A stretch of 34,966 nucleotides of DNA. Source: Aquificaceae bacterium (GTDB lineage: Bacteria > Aquificota > Aquificia > Aquificales > Aquificaceae). The stretch spans positions 1-34,966 of the forward strand of contig JBKBPE010000002.1 in the NCBI GenBank assembly GCA_046293375.1. Reading direction: 5' to 3'. The notes beneath the pieces were generated by a model that ran no database searches, was not told the DNA's origin, and saw only the letters and a program-made list of their open reading frames with translations. The stretch's first letter is position 1, and every line of letters starts with the position of its first letter. The translations under genes and the position numbers were made by a program. Below, in pieces: positions 34,923-34,966 of this stretch.

Positions 34923-34966
34923 ATGGATTGGATAGAAAAGCTCCTAAAAGAGCTAAAAGAGGAAGG
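34923..34966 (+). CDS. 5' start of the next gene (partial; MDWIEKLLKELKEE...), possibly 8-amino-7-oxononanoate synthase
   Basis: ATG 2 nt after the arsB stop with a GAGG SD-like element; frame open to the window end. The BioF resemblance rests on only 14 codons. Confidence 0.4.
   Translation, partial: MDWIEKLLKELKEE

Noticed and set aside
32305-34966. tRNA-anchored genomic island carrying the Fe-S and ars genes
   Set aside because: These genes lie on the 5' side of the tRNA, and I saw no integrase, no duplicated tRNA 3' end and no obvious compositional shift.
1-34966. CRISPR array, rRNA, riboswitch or intact IS element
   Set aside because: No regularly spaced repeats or transposase ORFs were seen, and no intergenic region exceeds about 145 nt.

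Overview
This is a very compact, core-genome window from an Aquificaceae-like thermophile (Hydrogenobacter/Thermocrinis/Aquifex type). The lineage is inferred from gene style: scattered atpF'-atpF-atpH, rplT-pheS without infC/rpmI/pheT, tandem tatA, heavy gene overlap and Lys/Glu-rich proteins. It holds about 40 CDS and one tRNA-Ser(GCT). I saw no CRISPR array, rRNA, prophage or intact transposase. Most genes are housekeeping (pncA, hsp20, murA, hemA, pgpA, atp, ndk, argC, rpsI/rplM, tatA, nusB, ribH, panC, recO, glgA, nadC, accD, sbcCD, pheS, rplT, bioD, ftsI, carA, arsRB). The main items worth a second look are: (1) a sensor-less, conservon-like roadblock / DUF4388-wHTH / small-GTPase module; (2) a membrane diguanylate cyclase with a periplasmic CxxCH heme-c motif and a Cys-rich GAF-like domain, bracketed by a 13-bp direct repeat; (3) two small genes missing from the ORF track, a 57-aa DUF2283-like ORF and a first tatA copy; (4) recurrent back-to-back -10 elements in very short divergent spacers with apparently leaderless genes; (5) a tRNA abutting an SD-less carA start; (6) an exported polybasic mini-protein leading the LOG-sbcDC-accD run; (7) an orphan four-cluster Fe-S protein next to arsRB. 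All family calls come from motif recognition by eye; no database searches were run.
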